Virus record (IMG/VR): IMGVR_UViG_3300043449_002450
Span: 64,001 to 128,000 of that record
Direction: 5' to 3' (one strand)
Length of the DNA stretch: 64,000 bases
Source of the DNA: a virus
The position numbers and the translations under genes were made by a program. Shown one piece after another: positions 21,785 through 32,200 of this stretch. The notes below the pieces were generated by a model that was not told where the DNA came from, did no database searches, and saw only the letters and a program-made list of their open reading frames with translations. How positions within the stretch are numbered: the first letter of the stretch is position 1; each line of letters opens with the position of its first letter.

Positions 21785-21840
21785 TATCAAGAATAAACTA
21801 CGTGTGAGTGATACGTATTCTCAGTAAGAGGTAGTAACCT

Positions 21841-23241
21841 ATGTCGAAGTCTCTGTTCGAAGAGGCAATAGCAGATGCAAAGCAGCTACGTGAAGCAGCT
21901 GAAGCTAATGCCAAGAATGCCATCATAGAAGCCGTAACACCACGCATCAGAGAGTTTATTGAAGCTCAGCTGGTGGGCGGAAAGGTCGTAAATGAGAGTA
22001 ACTTTCTAGCTGATGCTCTGCTTAGCGAAGAGAATGAGGGCATCGAAGATGAGACCGATGAGAATGTTGAGCTTGATGAGACAGCATTACGTTCTCTCGC
22101 AAATCTAGTCAATGGGACTAGGACTAATGAGTCTGATGCACTGCGTGAGGCCTTCGAGACTCTGACTGAAGAAGAGCAAGAAAAGCTTTTTAGCATGCTT
22201 CGTGAAGAAGAGTCTAATAAAGTGCCAGCCACTGCCAAAAAAACAGCAAGTGGTGGCCTAGATAATGAAGGAGAGGCATCTGAAAATCTATACGAGGTCG
22301 ATCTCGAAGATCTTAAAGAGACTCTAATGAAAGAATTTAAAAATAAGAAAACATCAGGAGCTTCAAAGATGTCAAGAAAGACCCTAAGAGAAAGTTATCA
22401 CATGGACGAGGACCTCTATGAGCTCGACGAGATGATGGATGATGCCGATCTCGAAGAGGCCATTCTAAAGATCGTTGGAAACTCTGAGGAGCGTGACAGC
22501 TTCGACAAGCTCGGCCTATCTGGCATTGAGTTCGAGGAAGAGGCTGGAGAGGACGAGGAAGAGGAAGTCGCGATGGGCGACGAGGAAGGCGAAGGCGAAG
22601 AGGCCGGAGAGGCCCCTCCCGAAGGTGAAGGCGCTCCAGAAGCTCCTCTCGCCGAGATGGGTGTCTACGAGATCGATGAGAATATGCTCCGTCGAGAGCT
22701 TTCTCGTCTCCGTGAGGCCCGCAAGCGCGGCCGCGGTCGCAAGGCTAAGAACTCGTCGCACAAGGCAGCTGCCGCCGCTTTCGGTGGCGGAATGCTCGAG
22801 GGAGATCCCCTCGATGTGAAGACGCTCCAGGGCGTCAACCAACTCAAGAAGAAAGCTTTAAAAGAGGCGCACGAAAATCGTGCCCTAAAGACCCAGCTCA
22901 ATGAATACAGGAGTGCCGTGCAGACTCTCCGTGAGCAACTCAGTGACCTTAACTTGTTCAACGCAAAGCTTCTTTACGTCAACAAGATCCTCCAGAACAA
23001 AGACGTGTCTCCAGCACAGAGGAGATCGGCCATAGAGGCTCTTGACGGCGCATCCAATCTTCGCGAAGCCAAGTTGCTCTACCAGGGCTTGACAGCCTCG
23101 ATACAGTCGAACAACGCTTCGATCAACGAGTCTGTAAGGCACACAGCCGGCATGGCTTCACGTCCTGTCGCCTCCGCATCCGCTCGAATTGGCGCAGCGG
23201 GCGAGGTCGATCGTTGGGCAATCCTTGCAGGCATCAAGTAA
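21841..23241 (+). CDS. Prohead scaffolding/core protein (functional analogue of T4 gp22)
   Basis: Highly acidic coiled-coil protein with many (L/I)xE sites and a C-terminal RWAILAGIK, directly upstream of the major capsid gene. Confidence 0.75.
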   Translation: MSKSLFEEAIADAKQLREAAEANAKNAIIEAVTPRIREFIEAQLVGGKVVNESNFLADALLSEENEGIEDETDENVELDETALRSLANLVNGTRTNESDALREAFETLTEEEQEKLFSMLREEESNKVPATAKKTASGGLDNEGEASENLYEVDLEDLKETLMKEFKNKKTSGASKMSRKTLRESYHMDEDLYELDEMMDDADLEEAILKIVGNSEERDSFDKLGLSGIEFEEEAGEDEEEEVAMGDEEGEGEEAGEAPPEGEGAPEAPLAEMGVYEIDENMLRRELSRLREARKRGRGRKAKNSSHKAAAAAFGGGMLEGDPLDVKTLQGVNQLKKKALKEAHENRALKTQLNEYRSAVQTLREQLSDLNLFNAKLLYVNKILQNKDVSPAQRRSAIEALDGASNLREAKLLYQGLTASIQSNNASINESVRHTAGMASRPVASASARIGAAGEVDRWAILAGIK

Positions 23242-23267
23242 TCATTCGAAACTAGGAGATTTTTCAA

Positions 23268-25196
23268 ATGTCTAAGACATTCTCACTCAACCAGCTCACA
23301 GAGGGCATCAGCGATCGGAATGTGACCGATGAGGGCCGCAGGCTCCTCGAGAAGTGGAACCGCACTGGCCTTCTCCGCGGACTTGATGGCGTCAAGCGTG
23401 ACACCATGGCTCGCCTCCTCGAGAACCAGGCTTCGCAGCTTCTTCGGGAGTTCAACAGCCTCGGCTCAGGTGGTGGTAGCCAGGCTGCCGGTGGCGACAT
23501 CCGCGGCTTCACCAACATCGCCTTCCCCATCGTCCGCCGCGTCTTCGGTGGCCTCGTGGCCAACGAGCTCGTCTCGATCCAGCCCATGTCACTTCCAAGC
23601 GGACTCCTCTTCTACTTGGACTACACATACGGCTCTGACGTCGGTGGCGACGCCAACCTCGTGACCGGTAACTCCACCAGCGGCGCAACCTACAAGGCCG
23701 GCCAGTCGATCTACAACAACCCCACAGGCAAGGGCGTCCGCAGCGGATCTCTCGCCACGGGTGGTCAGTATGACCTCATCGGCACTGGCTTCACCAAGGT
23801 TCACACATCCTCACTCGTTGTGGGTGTCGCAGCCAAGGGCGCTTTCCACACAGCAGGCGGCGCAGCTTCTTCTGTTCTCGTTAGCAGCCAGCTGTGCTTT
23901 GCAACTGGCACAGACGGTCGCCTCCTCCAGTTCGACCCACAGGTCACAACTGCAATCGAGGACGATGCTGCCGATGGCGCCATCAACGGTTTCGGCCAGT
24001 TCCAGTTCCTCCTTCTCCCTGCATCCTCGTTCCCCCCGAACGTTGACTTCCAGCAGGTCAAGGAGATCGCTCTCCACTCAGCACAGGTTAGCTCGACTGC
24101 ACTCGGCCTCGCAGTTCCTGGTGAGTCGTTCCAGGGTGGAAGTGGAATCCTCAACATCCGTCGTCTCAACCAGTTCGGAACCTACGCGGGTGGCGTGTTC
24201 ACACCAAACCCACTTCTTCCATCCGGTTCATCTAACGCACACGTTCTGGTCGTTGTCTCTGGTTCATACCAGCCTAGCGCAGCTACCCCAGGACCTTACC
24301 TCACTGCATCGTATGCACTCACAGATGCACTCACAGTTGACAGCTCTGATGCCACGACTCTCACGATCCCCTCGTTCGAGTCTGACTTCAGCACGACACC
24401 CTCGGTTGTCATCCCTGAGATCGACATCAAGATCGAGAGCATCCCAGTCACTGCCACGACCCGCAAGCTCCGCGCTCGTTGGTCGCCAGAGTTGGCCCAG
24501 GACCTCAACGCCTATCACTCGATGGACGCTGAGGTGGAGCTCACCCAGATCCTCTCCGAGCAGATCGCTCTAGAGATCGACCGTGAGATCCTCAACGACC
24601 TCCTCACCGAGGCTCGAGGCGCCAACTACTACTGGTCCCGTGCACCTGGTCGATTCCTCAACAAGACGAACGGCGCCGAGATCGCTCGCTCCGACACCAC
24701 ATTCCCCGGTCCCCAGTTCACTGGCACCGTCCGTGAGTGGTACGAGACTCTCATCGAGACCGTCATTGACGTCGCCAACGAGATCCACCGCAAGACTCTC
24801 CGTGGTTCGGCCAACTTCATTGTGGTCAGCCCCGACGTCGCCACGGTCCTCGAGGCTTCGGTCATGTACAAGCCCAACTACAGCATCGACGGCCAGGGCC
24901 AGGTCGGTGGCTCCATGTCGATCGGTGCTTCACCCATCGGCACTCTGAGCAACCGCTTCACCGTCTACAAGGACCCCTACTTCCCCCGTAACAAGATCCT
25001 CGTCGGTTACAAGGGCGGCAGCTACCTCGAGACAGGCTATGTCTACGCTCCCTACGTTCCGCTCATCGTCACCCCGACGATCTTCGCTCCTGAGGACTTC
25101 ACCCCCAGGAAGGGCGTGATGACCCGTTACGGCAAGAAGATGGTTCGCGCCGACTTCTACGGAACGGTCACCTGCCTCGACATGAACATCATCTGA
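23268..25196 (+). CDS. Major capsid protein (T4 gp23-like) with large insertion
   Basis: LLENQ, FPIVRRVF, VSIQPMSLPSGLLFYLD, TRKLRARWSPELAQDLNAYH, EIDREIL, YAPYVPL and PRKGVMTRYG; strongly C-ending codon bias; AGGAG SD. Confidence 0.96.
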   Translation: MSKTFSLNQLTEGISDRNVTDEGRRLLEKWNRTGLLRGLDGVKRDTMARLLENQASQLLREFNSLGSGGGSQAAGGDIRGFTNIAFPIVRRVFGGLVANELVSIQPMSLPSGLLFYLDYTYGSDVGGDANLVTGNSTSGATYKAGQSIYNNPTGKGVRSGSLATGGQYDLIGTGFTKVHTSSLVVGVAAKGAFHTAGGAASSVLVSSQLCFATGTDGRLLQFDPQVTTAIEDDAADGAINGFGQFQFLLLPASSFPPNVDFQQVKEIALHSAQVSSTALGLAVPGESFQGGSGILNIRRLNQFGTYAGGVFTPNPLLPSGSSNAHVLVVVSGSYQPSAATPGPYLTASYALTDALTVDSSDATTLTIPSFESDFSTTPSVVIPEIDIKIESIPVTATTRKLRARWSPELAQDLNAYHSMDAEVELTQILSEQIALEIDREILNDLLTEARGANYYWSRAPGRFLNKTNGAEIARSDTTFPGPQFTGTVREWYETLIETVIDVANEIHRKTLRGSANFIVVSPDVATVLEASVMYKPNYSIDGQGQVGGSMSIGASPIGTLSNRFTVYKDPYFPRNKILVGYKGGSYLETGYVYAPYVPLIVTPTIFAPEDFTPRKGVMTRYGKKMVRADFYGTVTCLDMNII

Positions 25197-25219
25197 TGTT
25201 CTAGCCGACAAGGCACATG

Positions 25220-25243
25220 GCGGCCACCCTTCGGGGTGGCCGC
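25220..25243 (+). terminator. Hairpin with cUUCGg tetraloop after the major capsid gene
   Basis: GCGGCCACCC-TTCG-GGGTGGCCGC perfect 10-bp stem; weak U-tract (TCTTGT). Confidence 0.75.
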
Positions 25244-25423
25244 TCTTGTATCTGCACCAGCTTCTGTTGGACTTCGTCATGACTGATGGGTGTAATGTCA
25301 TCCCACTTTTTAATGTGATCTGATGAATCTGCAGTGTGTTCGGCCTATGTAATCCTAGGCCCAATCCAGTGATCACCTGACACCGACGGGGGATTGGAAG
25401 CATTCGGAGCATAGGAGGATCAC

Positions 25424-25894
25424 ATGCCAAAAACCGTAATTAGTGACGCGAAGGGCGTCGTCAACTCAGCAGGATCAGGAACAACCATCTCTAACGCTGT
25501 TACACTTAGCGGCGCGACAACTCTAAGCGGCGCGACAACTCTAAGCGGCGCGACAACTCTAAGCGGCGCTGTAACGCTAGGTGCTGCACTCGTAGGTAGT
25601 GTAGACACGCGTACTGACGCAGGCGCTGTGAGCCTTACATCTGTTGTAACGCTAGTTGTTACAACAACAGCCTCAGCACTTACACTTGCTGCAGGAACAG
25701 CAGGTCAAATTAAGATTTTGTCAATGACGACTGACGGTGGCGATGCAACACTTACGCCAGCGGGAGGCATCTTGAGCCCGTCCGCGGGCGCATTAACAAC
25801 AATCACATTTGATGCAGTGGGTGATGCTGTTACTTTGGTCTATACGGGCGCTAAGTGGGCCATAGTATCCAATTACGGTTGTGCATTAGCATAA
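25424..25894 (+). CDS. Putative capsid decoration/head fibre protein
   Basis: AGGAGG SD; Thr/Gly/Ala-rich with TLSGAT repeats; C-terminal ITFDAVGDAVTLVYTGAKWAIV beta motif; follows the major capsid gene. Confidence 0.6.
   Translation: MPKTVISDAKGVVNSAGSGTTISNAVTLSGATTLSGATTLSGATTLSGAVTLGAALVGSVDTRTDAGAVSLTSVVTLVVTTTASALTLAAGTAGQIKILSMTTDGGDATLTPAGGILSPSAGALTTITFDAVGDAVTLVYTGAKWAIVSNYGCALA
25502..25573 (+). repeat. In-frame 18-bp tandem repeat, four copies (ACTCTAAGCGGCGCGACA)
   Basis: Two identical central copies and two slightly diverged flanking copies encoding TLSGAT/TLSGAV. Confidence 0.9.
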
Positions 25895-25912
25895 TAACAT
25901 TTAGGAGTCAAA

Positions 25913-26062
25913 ATGAGCACACAGATTAAGGCAGATGAAAAAACTGCTCCCAAGAAAGATCTAGCTGTAGAGGCAGCCATCAAAAAGCTGGTTCAAACTC
26001 TCGTACAGAGAGGCGTTCTTAAGTCACATGAGGCAGAAGAAGTTCTCAAAGACTTCAAGTAA
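25913..26062 (+). CDS. 49-aa small protein absent from the ORF track (MSTQIKADEK...EEVLKDFK)
   Basis: AGGAG SD 5 nt before ATG 25913; fills the gap before a terminator hairpin. Confidence 0.7.
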   Translation: MSTQIKADEKTAPKKDLAVEAAIKKLVQTLVQRGVLKSHEAEEVLKDFK

Positions 26063-26078
26063 AAAGACCAAACAGCAC

Positions 26079-26105
26079 TCAAGCGTCCTCAAAAGGGGCG
26101 CTTGA
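26079..26105 (+). terminator. Putative intrinsic terminator
   Basis: TCAAGCGTCCT-loop-GGGGCGCTTGA stem followed by TCTGTATTT. Confidence 0.6.
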
Positions 26106-26145
26106 TCTGTATTTGCTGCCTACTTAATTAGGAAAGAGCGGCGAG

Positions 26146-27321
26146 GTGAATGTGTCCACATTTAGCACAACATTAAATCCAACACCATTCGGTGTATTTG
26201 ACGCTGATGTCGTCTTTCAAAACGATGCCGACAAAATGGTCACGTTTGTCAAGCGCAAGATGGGTGATGATGTCCTGTCTGTCGAGCTGACAAAGAAGAT
26301 GATCTGGGGAAACATGGAGGAGGCAGTTCTAGAGTATGGTGCTCTCCTCAATCAATACCAGGCAAAGTCACAGATGCTGACTTACCTCGGTTATACGACA
26401 GGCTCGGGCACCGAGGCAACCAATAAGTTGCCACGCGACAGCCTTGAGTATCTATCAAGATTTGCCGAGCCATATGCAGCCGAGGCTGGCATTGGGGGCT
26501 CATACAATCATTATTCTGGCTCCATTACGCTTGTCGGCGGAAAGCAAGACTACGACATCTACGACGATCTTGTTGATGCGTCTGGCACACCAATGTTCTT
26601 GACAGCATCTAATACGCCTCGAACAAAGATGAAAATCATGGAGGTCTTTCACTTTTCCCCACAGGCAGCATACAGATTCTTTGATACAACATCAGCCATC
26701 AACTATCTCAACAACGCATTCTCGTTCGAGTCATTTACGCCGGAAACAATCTTTTATGTGCTGCCCGTCTTTGAAGACGTGCTGCGTGCCGGCATGCTTG
26801 ACCTTTCTAACAGGGTTAGACGTTCAAATTACTCTTACCAGGTGATTGGTAGAAAGATTAGGATATTCCCCGCGCCCGTCAACCAGATCCCAAATAAGCT
26901 CTGGATTAGAATCAGGTATTTCAATAATCCTCTAAATCCAGACTACGAGGATGGCACAATAGGTGGTGTGTCTAACCTATCAAATATTCCATTTGGAAAC
27001 GTAACATACTCGAAGGTCAATAGCATTGGAGTGCAGTGGATCAGACAATACACGATCGCGCTGTGCATGGAGCAGCTTGGATTAATCAGAAGTAAGTTTG
27101 GAACATTACCCGTGCCTGGAGGCAACGTTACTCTAAACGGTTCTGATCTGACATCTAAGGGTCGTGAAGATAAGAAGGAACTTGTAACAAAGCTTCGTGA
27201 GATGCTTGACACGATGACCTATGACAAACTTCTCGAGACAGCAGCTTCTCGTGCTGAAAATCTCAATAAACAGCTTTCTAAGATTCCTGTGCCTAACGGC
27301 CGGGCGATCTTCATGGGATAA
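26146..27321 (+). CDS. Neck/head-tail adaptor protein (T4 gp13-like)
   Basis: VELT near the N-terminus; WIRQYTIALCMEQLGLIRSKF...PGGNVTLNG motif. Confidence 0.8.
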   Translation: MNVSTFSTTLNPTPFGVFDADVVFQNDADKMVTFVKRKMGDDVLSVELTKKMIWGNMEEAVLEYGALLNQYQAKSQMLTYLGYTTGSGTEATNKLPRDSLEYLSRFAEPYAAEAGIGGSYNHYSGSITLVGGKQDYDIYDDLVDASGTPMFLTASNTPRTKMKIMEVFHFSPQAAYRFFDTTSAINYLNNAFSFESFTPETIFYVLPVFEDVLRAGMLDLSNRVRRSNYSYQVIGRKIRIFPAPVNQIPNKLWIRIRYFNNPLNPDYEDGTIGGVSNLSNIPFGNVTYSKVNSIGVQWIRQYTIALCMEQLGLIRSKFGTLPVPGGNVTLNGSDLTSKGREDKKELVTKLREMLDTMTYDKLLETAASRAENLNKQLSKIPVPNGRAIFMG

Positions 27322-27324
27322 CAC

Positions 27325-27990
27325 ATGGCAAGATTATTCATTACGCCTCGAGAGATCAACTTCATCAATGACATCGCTAAAGAGCTTGTCAAGGATGTCG
27401 TAGGCCAGAAAATATATTACTTCTCTATAAATGAGGTCAAGACACGAGTTCATGATGTCTATGAGGAAGCTGCCGATAAAATATTTGAAAAGCCAATAGA
27501 GCTCGAGTGCCTCGTTAAATACTCACCACAAGAGATCAGAACTAACAAGTTCGGATCTGAAGAATACTACACGATTGAGGCTTACATACAGGTCAGAGAC
27601 CTCATTGATAAGCAAATTGCGCTTGCTGAGGGTGACTTCTTTACATACGGTGACACGTTCTTTGAGATCATCAAGGCGCCCAGGACCGACACAATTTTTG
27701 GTCAGATCGAGCATAAGAGCTACATCACGATCACAGGTAAGCAGTCAAGAAAGGGTCAATTCATGTCGAAGATCTTCGGACCAACGTCAGAAGAATACAC
27801 CGACGCCGACGCCGTCCAGAACACATACGTGCAACAGCGAGGTTTTGCGGAGAACAAGCTTGGAAAGACAGGAGACGTCAGAGCTTTACAGCAGAATGGC
27901 GTCCTTGACACGCCTATCAGTGGACCAGCAGAGGTGTCGCCGCTTGGTGATCCTGACAATGTTGGCTCATCTTTTTATGACGAGACCTAA
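27325..27990 (+). CDS. Head closure/neck protein (T4 gp14-like)
   Basis: GQKIYYF...DVYEE...KFG...EGDFF pattern; follows the gp13-like gene. Confidence 0.7.
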   Translation: MARLFITPREINFINDIAKELVKDVVGQKIYYFSINEVKTRVHDVYEEAADKIFEKPIELECLVKYSPQEIRTNKFGSEEYYTIEAYIQVRDLIDKQIALAEGDFFTYGDTFFEIIKAPRTDTIFGQIEHKSYITITGKQSRKGQFMSKIFGPTSEEYTDADAVQNTYVQQRGFAENKLGKTGDVRALQQNGVLDTPISGPAEVSPLGDPDNVGSSFYDET

Positions 27991-27992
27991 CA

Positions 27993-29180
27993 ATGAGGCA
28001 AAAAGAGCAGCTTAAGAAGGGTTATGAGGGTTTTAATGTCCCTGATAATTTTGAGTTTCCATCCTGCGGTGTAGAGGATGTTGATCGCGCGCTATTCGAG
28101 CTGTTCGATAAGAAGCTTGCATTTGAGGTAAAGGTCAATGAGCAGACAACAAAGGTCCCTGTCGTTTTTGCAGCAGGCGAGAGATTTGCGCTGACCCGTA
28201 GGCAGAAACCAATTAGAGATAGAAATAACGCTCTAATTCTGCCCCTTATTGCCATCAAGAGGACTTCTATCGGTTATAAGACAGAAGCAGAAGCGGGTGG
28301 CACTGCCATATCATTCCGCCAAAACACCGACTATGTCATCAGAAAGCGCTTAGATGCTTCTGATAGAAGCTACCAGAATGTTATAAACAAGCTATCCTTA
28401 AAAAATCAAGACAACGTGTCATCCCGAGCTCACTTTATCAATAACGATATATCACCTGGCAATAATACACAACCAAACACGATCACATCAAGACGCAACG
28501 GCTCGGGCATTTCATATGGTGGCGGCAAGCTAGCGTTTGGGCTGCATGATAGCATTGGGAAGAATGTCTTCGAAGTGATCACGATACCTTATCCAGTTTT
28601 TGTGCAGCTTAACTATAACATCACTTTCTGGACGCAATACATGTCACAGATGAACCAGCTTCTAGAGCTGCTTCTGATGAGGACGGATGGTCAAGGTAGA
28701 GAATTTCACCTAGTCTCAAATAAAGGATTCACATTCACTGCCTTCCTCCAGGGGTCTTTGACATCGGGCGACAACTTTGACAACTTCACAGATGATGAGC
28801 GTATTATACGATACTCATTTGACATAAGAGTCCCTGCTTATATTCTCGCGCCAAGACATCCTGGTTCACCCACACCATTTAGGAAGTTCCAGTCGGCTCC
28901 AGAGATACAGTTTGAGTTCGATGAGATCCGCAAGCAAGTTGCAGTTCCTCCTGTGACTATGACTGCTGAGAGCAAGGTCAACGCATTCATATTGACAGAC
29001 ATTAACATACTTGATGACAATGGTCACATGGTTCGTCCAAGAAATGAGTCAATGCTTGAGACAACAGTCGATACGGCAGAAGGCAGAGAATACCAGCCCT
29101 TGGTCACAAGAGAGCAGCGTCAAGGTGAGCAGATTGATCCGGGAAGGATAGTTAAAGAAATAGAGACCACTAAGATCTAG
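27993..29180 (+). CDS. Tail terminator/sheath stabiliser (T4 gp15-like)
   Basis: VPVVFAAGERF, LPLIAI and IPYPVFVQLNYNITFWTQYMSQMNQLLE motifs; lies before the sheath genes. Confidence 0.65.
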   Translation: MRQKEQLKKGYEGFNVPDNFEFPSCGVEDVDRALFELFDKKLAFEVKVNEQTTKVPVVFAAGERFALTRRQKPIRDRNNALILPLIAIKRTSIGYKTEAEAGGTAISFRQNTDYVIRKRLDASDRSYQNVINKLSLKNQDNVSSRAHFINNDISPGNNTQPNTITSRRNGSGISYGGGKLAFGLHDSIGKNVFEVITIPYPVFVQLNYNITFWTQYMSQMNQLLELLLMRTDGQGREFHLVSNKGFTFTAFLQGSLTSGDNFDNFTDDERIIRYSFDIRVPAYILAPRHPGSPTPFRKFQSAPEIQFEFDEIRKQVAVPPVTMTAESKVNAFILTDINILDDNGHMVRPRNESMLETTVDTAEGREYQPLVTREQRQGEQIDPGRIVKEIETTKI

Positions 29181-29231
29181 TCATTTCAACCTTTGCCGGG
29201 ATATGTATTTGGTAGAACGCCTGGAGAGAAA

Positions 29232-32200
29232 ATGGCAGAAGTAACGTATCGGTCACCCGGATTTTTTGAGACCGAGATCGACCTAAGCGGTCAGGTGGCA
29301 GCCGCACCAAGTGGCACACCCGCAGGTCTTGTAGGAACTTCTCCGATGGGTCCTGCTTTCATTCCCACGACAGTCGCTTCCCTTGGAGAGTTTACCACGG
29401 TCTTTGGAGATGATCCAAACAATCGGTCGCCCGCATATTATGCAGCACAAGAGTATTTTAAGAGCGGTCAAGCGCTAACGTTCGTCAGAGTTCTTGGCGC
29501 AGGCGGAAATGCATCAGCAGCTGATGCTTCGATCACACAGACTCGCGGCACTGTAAAAGGCGCAGGTTTTGTCATATCAGGCTCGGTCCCAGCCGGCACA
29601 AATGATTCAAGAGGCGTTGGATTTGTTCAATACATTGTTGGCAAGCATGCCTTGCAGGCAAATGATACCACATCAAGCTACGCCATCTTCAATGAAGCAA
29701 CAAACACATACGCGGGCGGAAGTAGCAATATTAGCCTTGTCAGAGGCGTCCTCTTGTTCGCTACAGGGACACGAGCTCAAGTTTTAAATTATGCTGACAG
29801 CTACTCAGTTGCCAATGCATCAGACGACATCGCAACAGCTAACTCAAGCGGTCTATTCAAGCTTGTAATATCAAGCTCAGCTACGGGATACGGAACAGCT
29901 GATGGTAGCACGGGCATCAAGATCTACACGGCATCTCTTGATCCCGATAGCGATAGCTACATTGGAAAAGTGCTTAATACGTCACCGCAACTCTTCGAGA
30001 CACACCAGCACCTTCTCTACCAGCACTTCCCTGTCGACGGTGCTGTGGCAACTCTAGGCACGACTGATGCAGTTGCCATAGCAAGCGGTTCAGAGCTAAC
30101 ATCAGCCGCGTCAGGTGATTCTACCCTTCCGTTTGCAAGAGCATTTGGCCGATTTGATGCTAGATACTCCGCGTCAAGAACAACACCGTTTATAAGTCAG
30201 CCCTTTGGCGATAAGGAATATGATCTTTTCTACTTTGAGTCAATCGGTCATGGTGCTGACACGAGCACAAGATTTAAGATAGCCATCACAAATCTCCGCA
30301 AGTCTGATAATCCAACAGATCCATATGGCACATTTAATGTCATCGTTCGAGATTTCTATGACACAGATGCCAATCCATACATCTATGAGCAATTTATTGG
30401 CTGTAATCTCAATCCTTTGAGTGGTCAATACATTGGAAAAATGATTGGCAACCTAAAGTCTACTTACAACTTTGATGCGACATCGCAGTCTGAACGTCGT
30501 TTTGTGACGTCAGGCAACTATGTTTCTAGATCAAGATTCGTCAGAGTGATCATTGACGAGCAGGTTGAAAAGGGACTAGTCCCTAACGCAGCACTCCCGT
30601 TTGGTTTTAGAGGCTTGCCGCTCTTAAAGACAAATGATTCCTTGCAAGATGTCGGCGTAAAGCAGACACGTAGGCTTGCCCTATTGGGTGCAACAACCAC
30701 ACTGACATCCTCAGTTATGCCCCCAGTCCCATACAGATTTAAGATCACCACAGGTCCAACAACTAACACACCAACCTTTGACGGTGATGACGGAAATCAG
30801 GAAATTGTTGACGGTCGTCTACACTGGGGCTATAAGTTTGAGAGAGTTGAGATTGCTCTTGATCCTAATACTAGCGACAAGCGCAATGAATACATTGATA
30901 ATATTGTTAAGTTCGCAGGTATAGAGAAGCTGGACACTCTTATAACGGGTTCTGGCGCTGACAGCTTTGCTAACAATAAGTTTACTCTTGCCAAGGTTGC
31001 TCTCTACAACCAGCTTAATGGAAGAAGCGTTGATACAGCAGTTAGTGACCTGTCAGGAACTCTCAACCAAGTCATGGTGAACGCGTATTACGCACGTAGC
31101 GCAACTCCTGATCCTACCAACTACACAGTTGATACAGGCACCGGTGGCACTGCTCTAACAGATCGACTCACATTCGCGTCTCTTTGCGCAATGACGTCTT
31201 CTTACTACTTCAATAGGTTTACGGACTACATGAAGTATACGAACGTGATGTATGGCGGCTGGGATGGCACAAACATTCTAGATCCGGACATGGCGAAGCT
31301 TAATGATAAGGCGTCATCGTCTGAGACGGGCGGCCTTGCGATAAGCTCACCCAATATCGGCCTTGCAGTGAGCGCGACATCAAACGTATTTGGCACTAGC
31401 GCTACAAACTCTGTAGTCAACTCTTACAGAAGCTCGATCGACATCATAGCAGACCCAATCAAGTCACGTGTCAATGTGATAGCAATCCCAGGCATAAGAG
31501 AACCGGCTATCACAAACTACGCGATGTCGAGTGTAAAAACATATGCTAAGGGCCTCTATCTCTTGGATATTCCGTGCTACGATGATTCTAATACACGGAT
31601 ATTCAACACCACATCTCAACCAGATGTCACAAATACGATTAGAAACTTTGCGACCCGTAGAGTAGATAATCGCTACGCGGCGACCTATTTCCCAGATGTG
31701 TCGCTGATAGACAGCACAACTGATCGTCGCGTTCGTGTTCCAGCTTCTGTTGCAGCATTTGGTGCGCTATCACAAAATGACAAGCTGGCATTTCCGTGGT
31801 ATGCACCCGCAGGATTTAACAGAGCATCTTTGGCCGCCGTTGTTAACCTTGCGACCAAGGTTGCAAGCTCAGACAGAGACGCACTTTATGACGCAAGGAT
31901 CAATCCAATAACAACATTCCCAGGTGCGGGATTCGTGATCTGGGGTCAAAAGACACTGCAACTAGCAAATTCTGCACTAAATCGTGTTAATGTCGTCAGA
32001 ATGTTGATCGAGGTTGCTGCTAGAGTTTCTACAATAGGACTAGGCTATGTCTTTGAGCAGAATACACCCTCAACTAGAGCAAGATTCGTATCACAGCTCA
32101 CACCTGCTCTAACACTCGTGCAGTCACAGAGCGGAATAGATAGCTTCACGATCACGATGAACGAGACAAATAACACACAGACTGACATCGAGCAAAATAA

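Noticed and set aside
25197-25423. tRNA or CRISPR array in the longest intergenic gap
   Set aside because: No cloverleaf with a T-loop motif and no repeat-spacer periodicity; the only tandem repeat nearby is coding and lacks spacers.
23264-25430. Many overlapping alternative-frame and antisense ORFs within the capsid gene (also in nrdJ, SSB and scaffold)
   Set aside because: Expected by-product of biased codon usage in highly expressed genes; the translations are Ser/Arg-rich and lack motifs.
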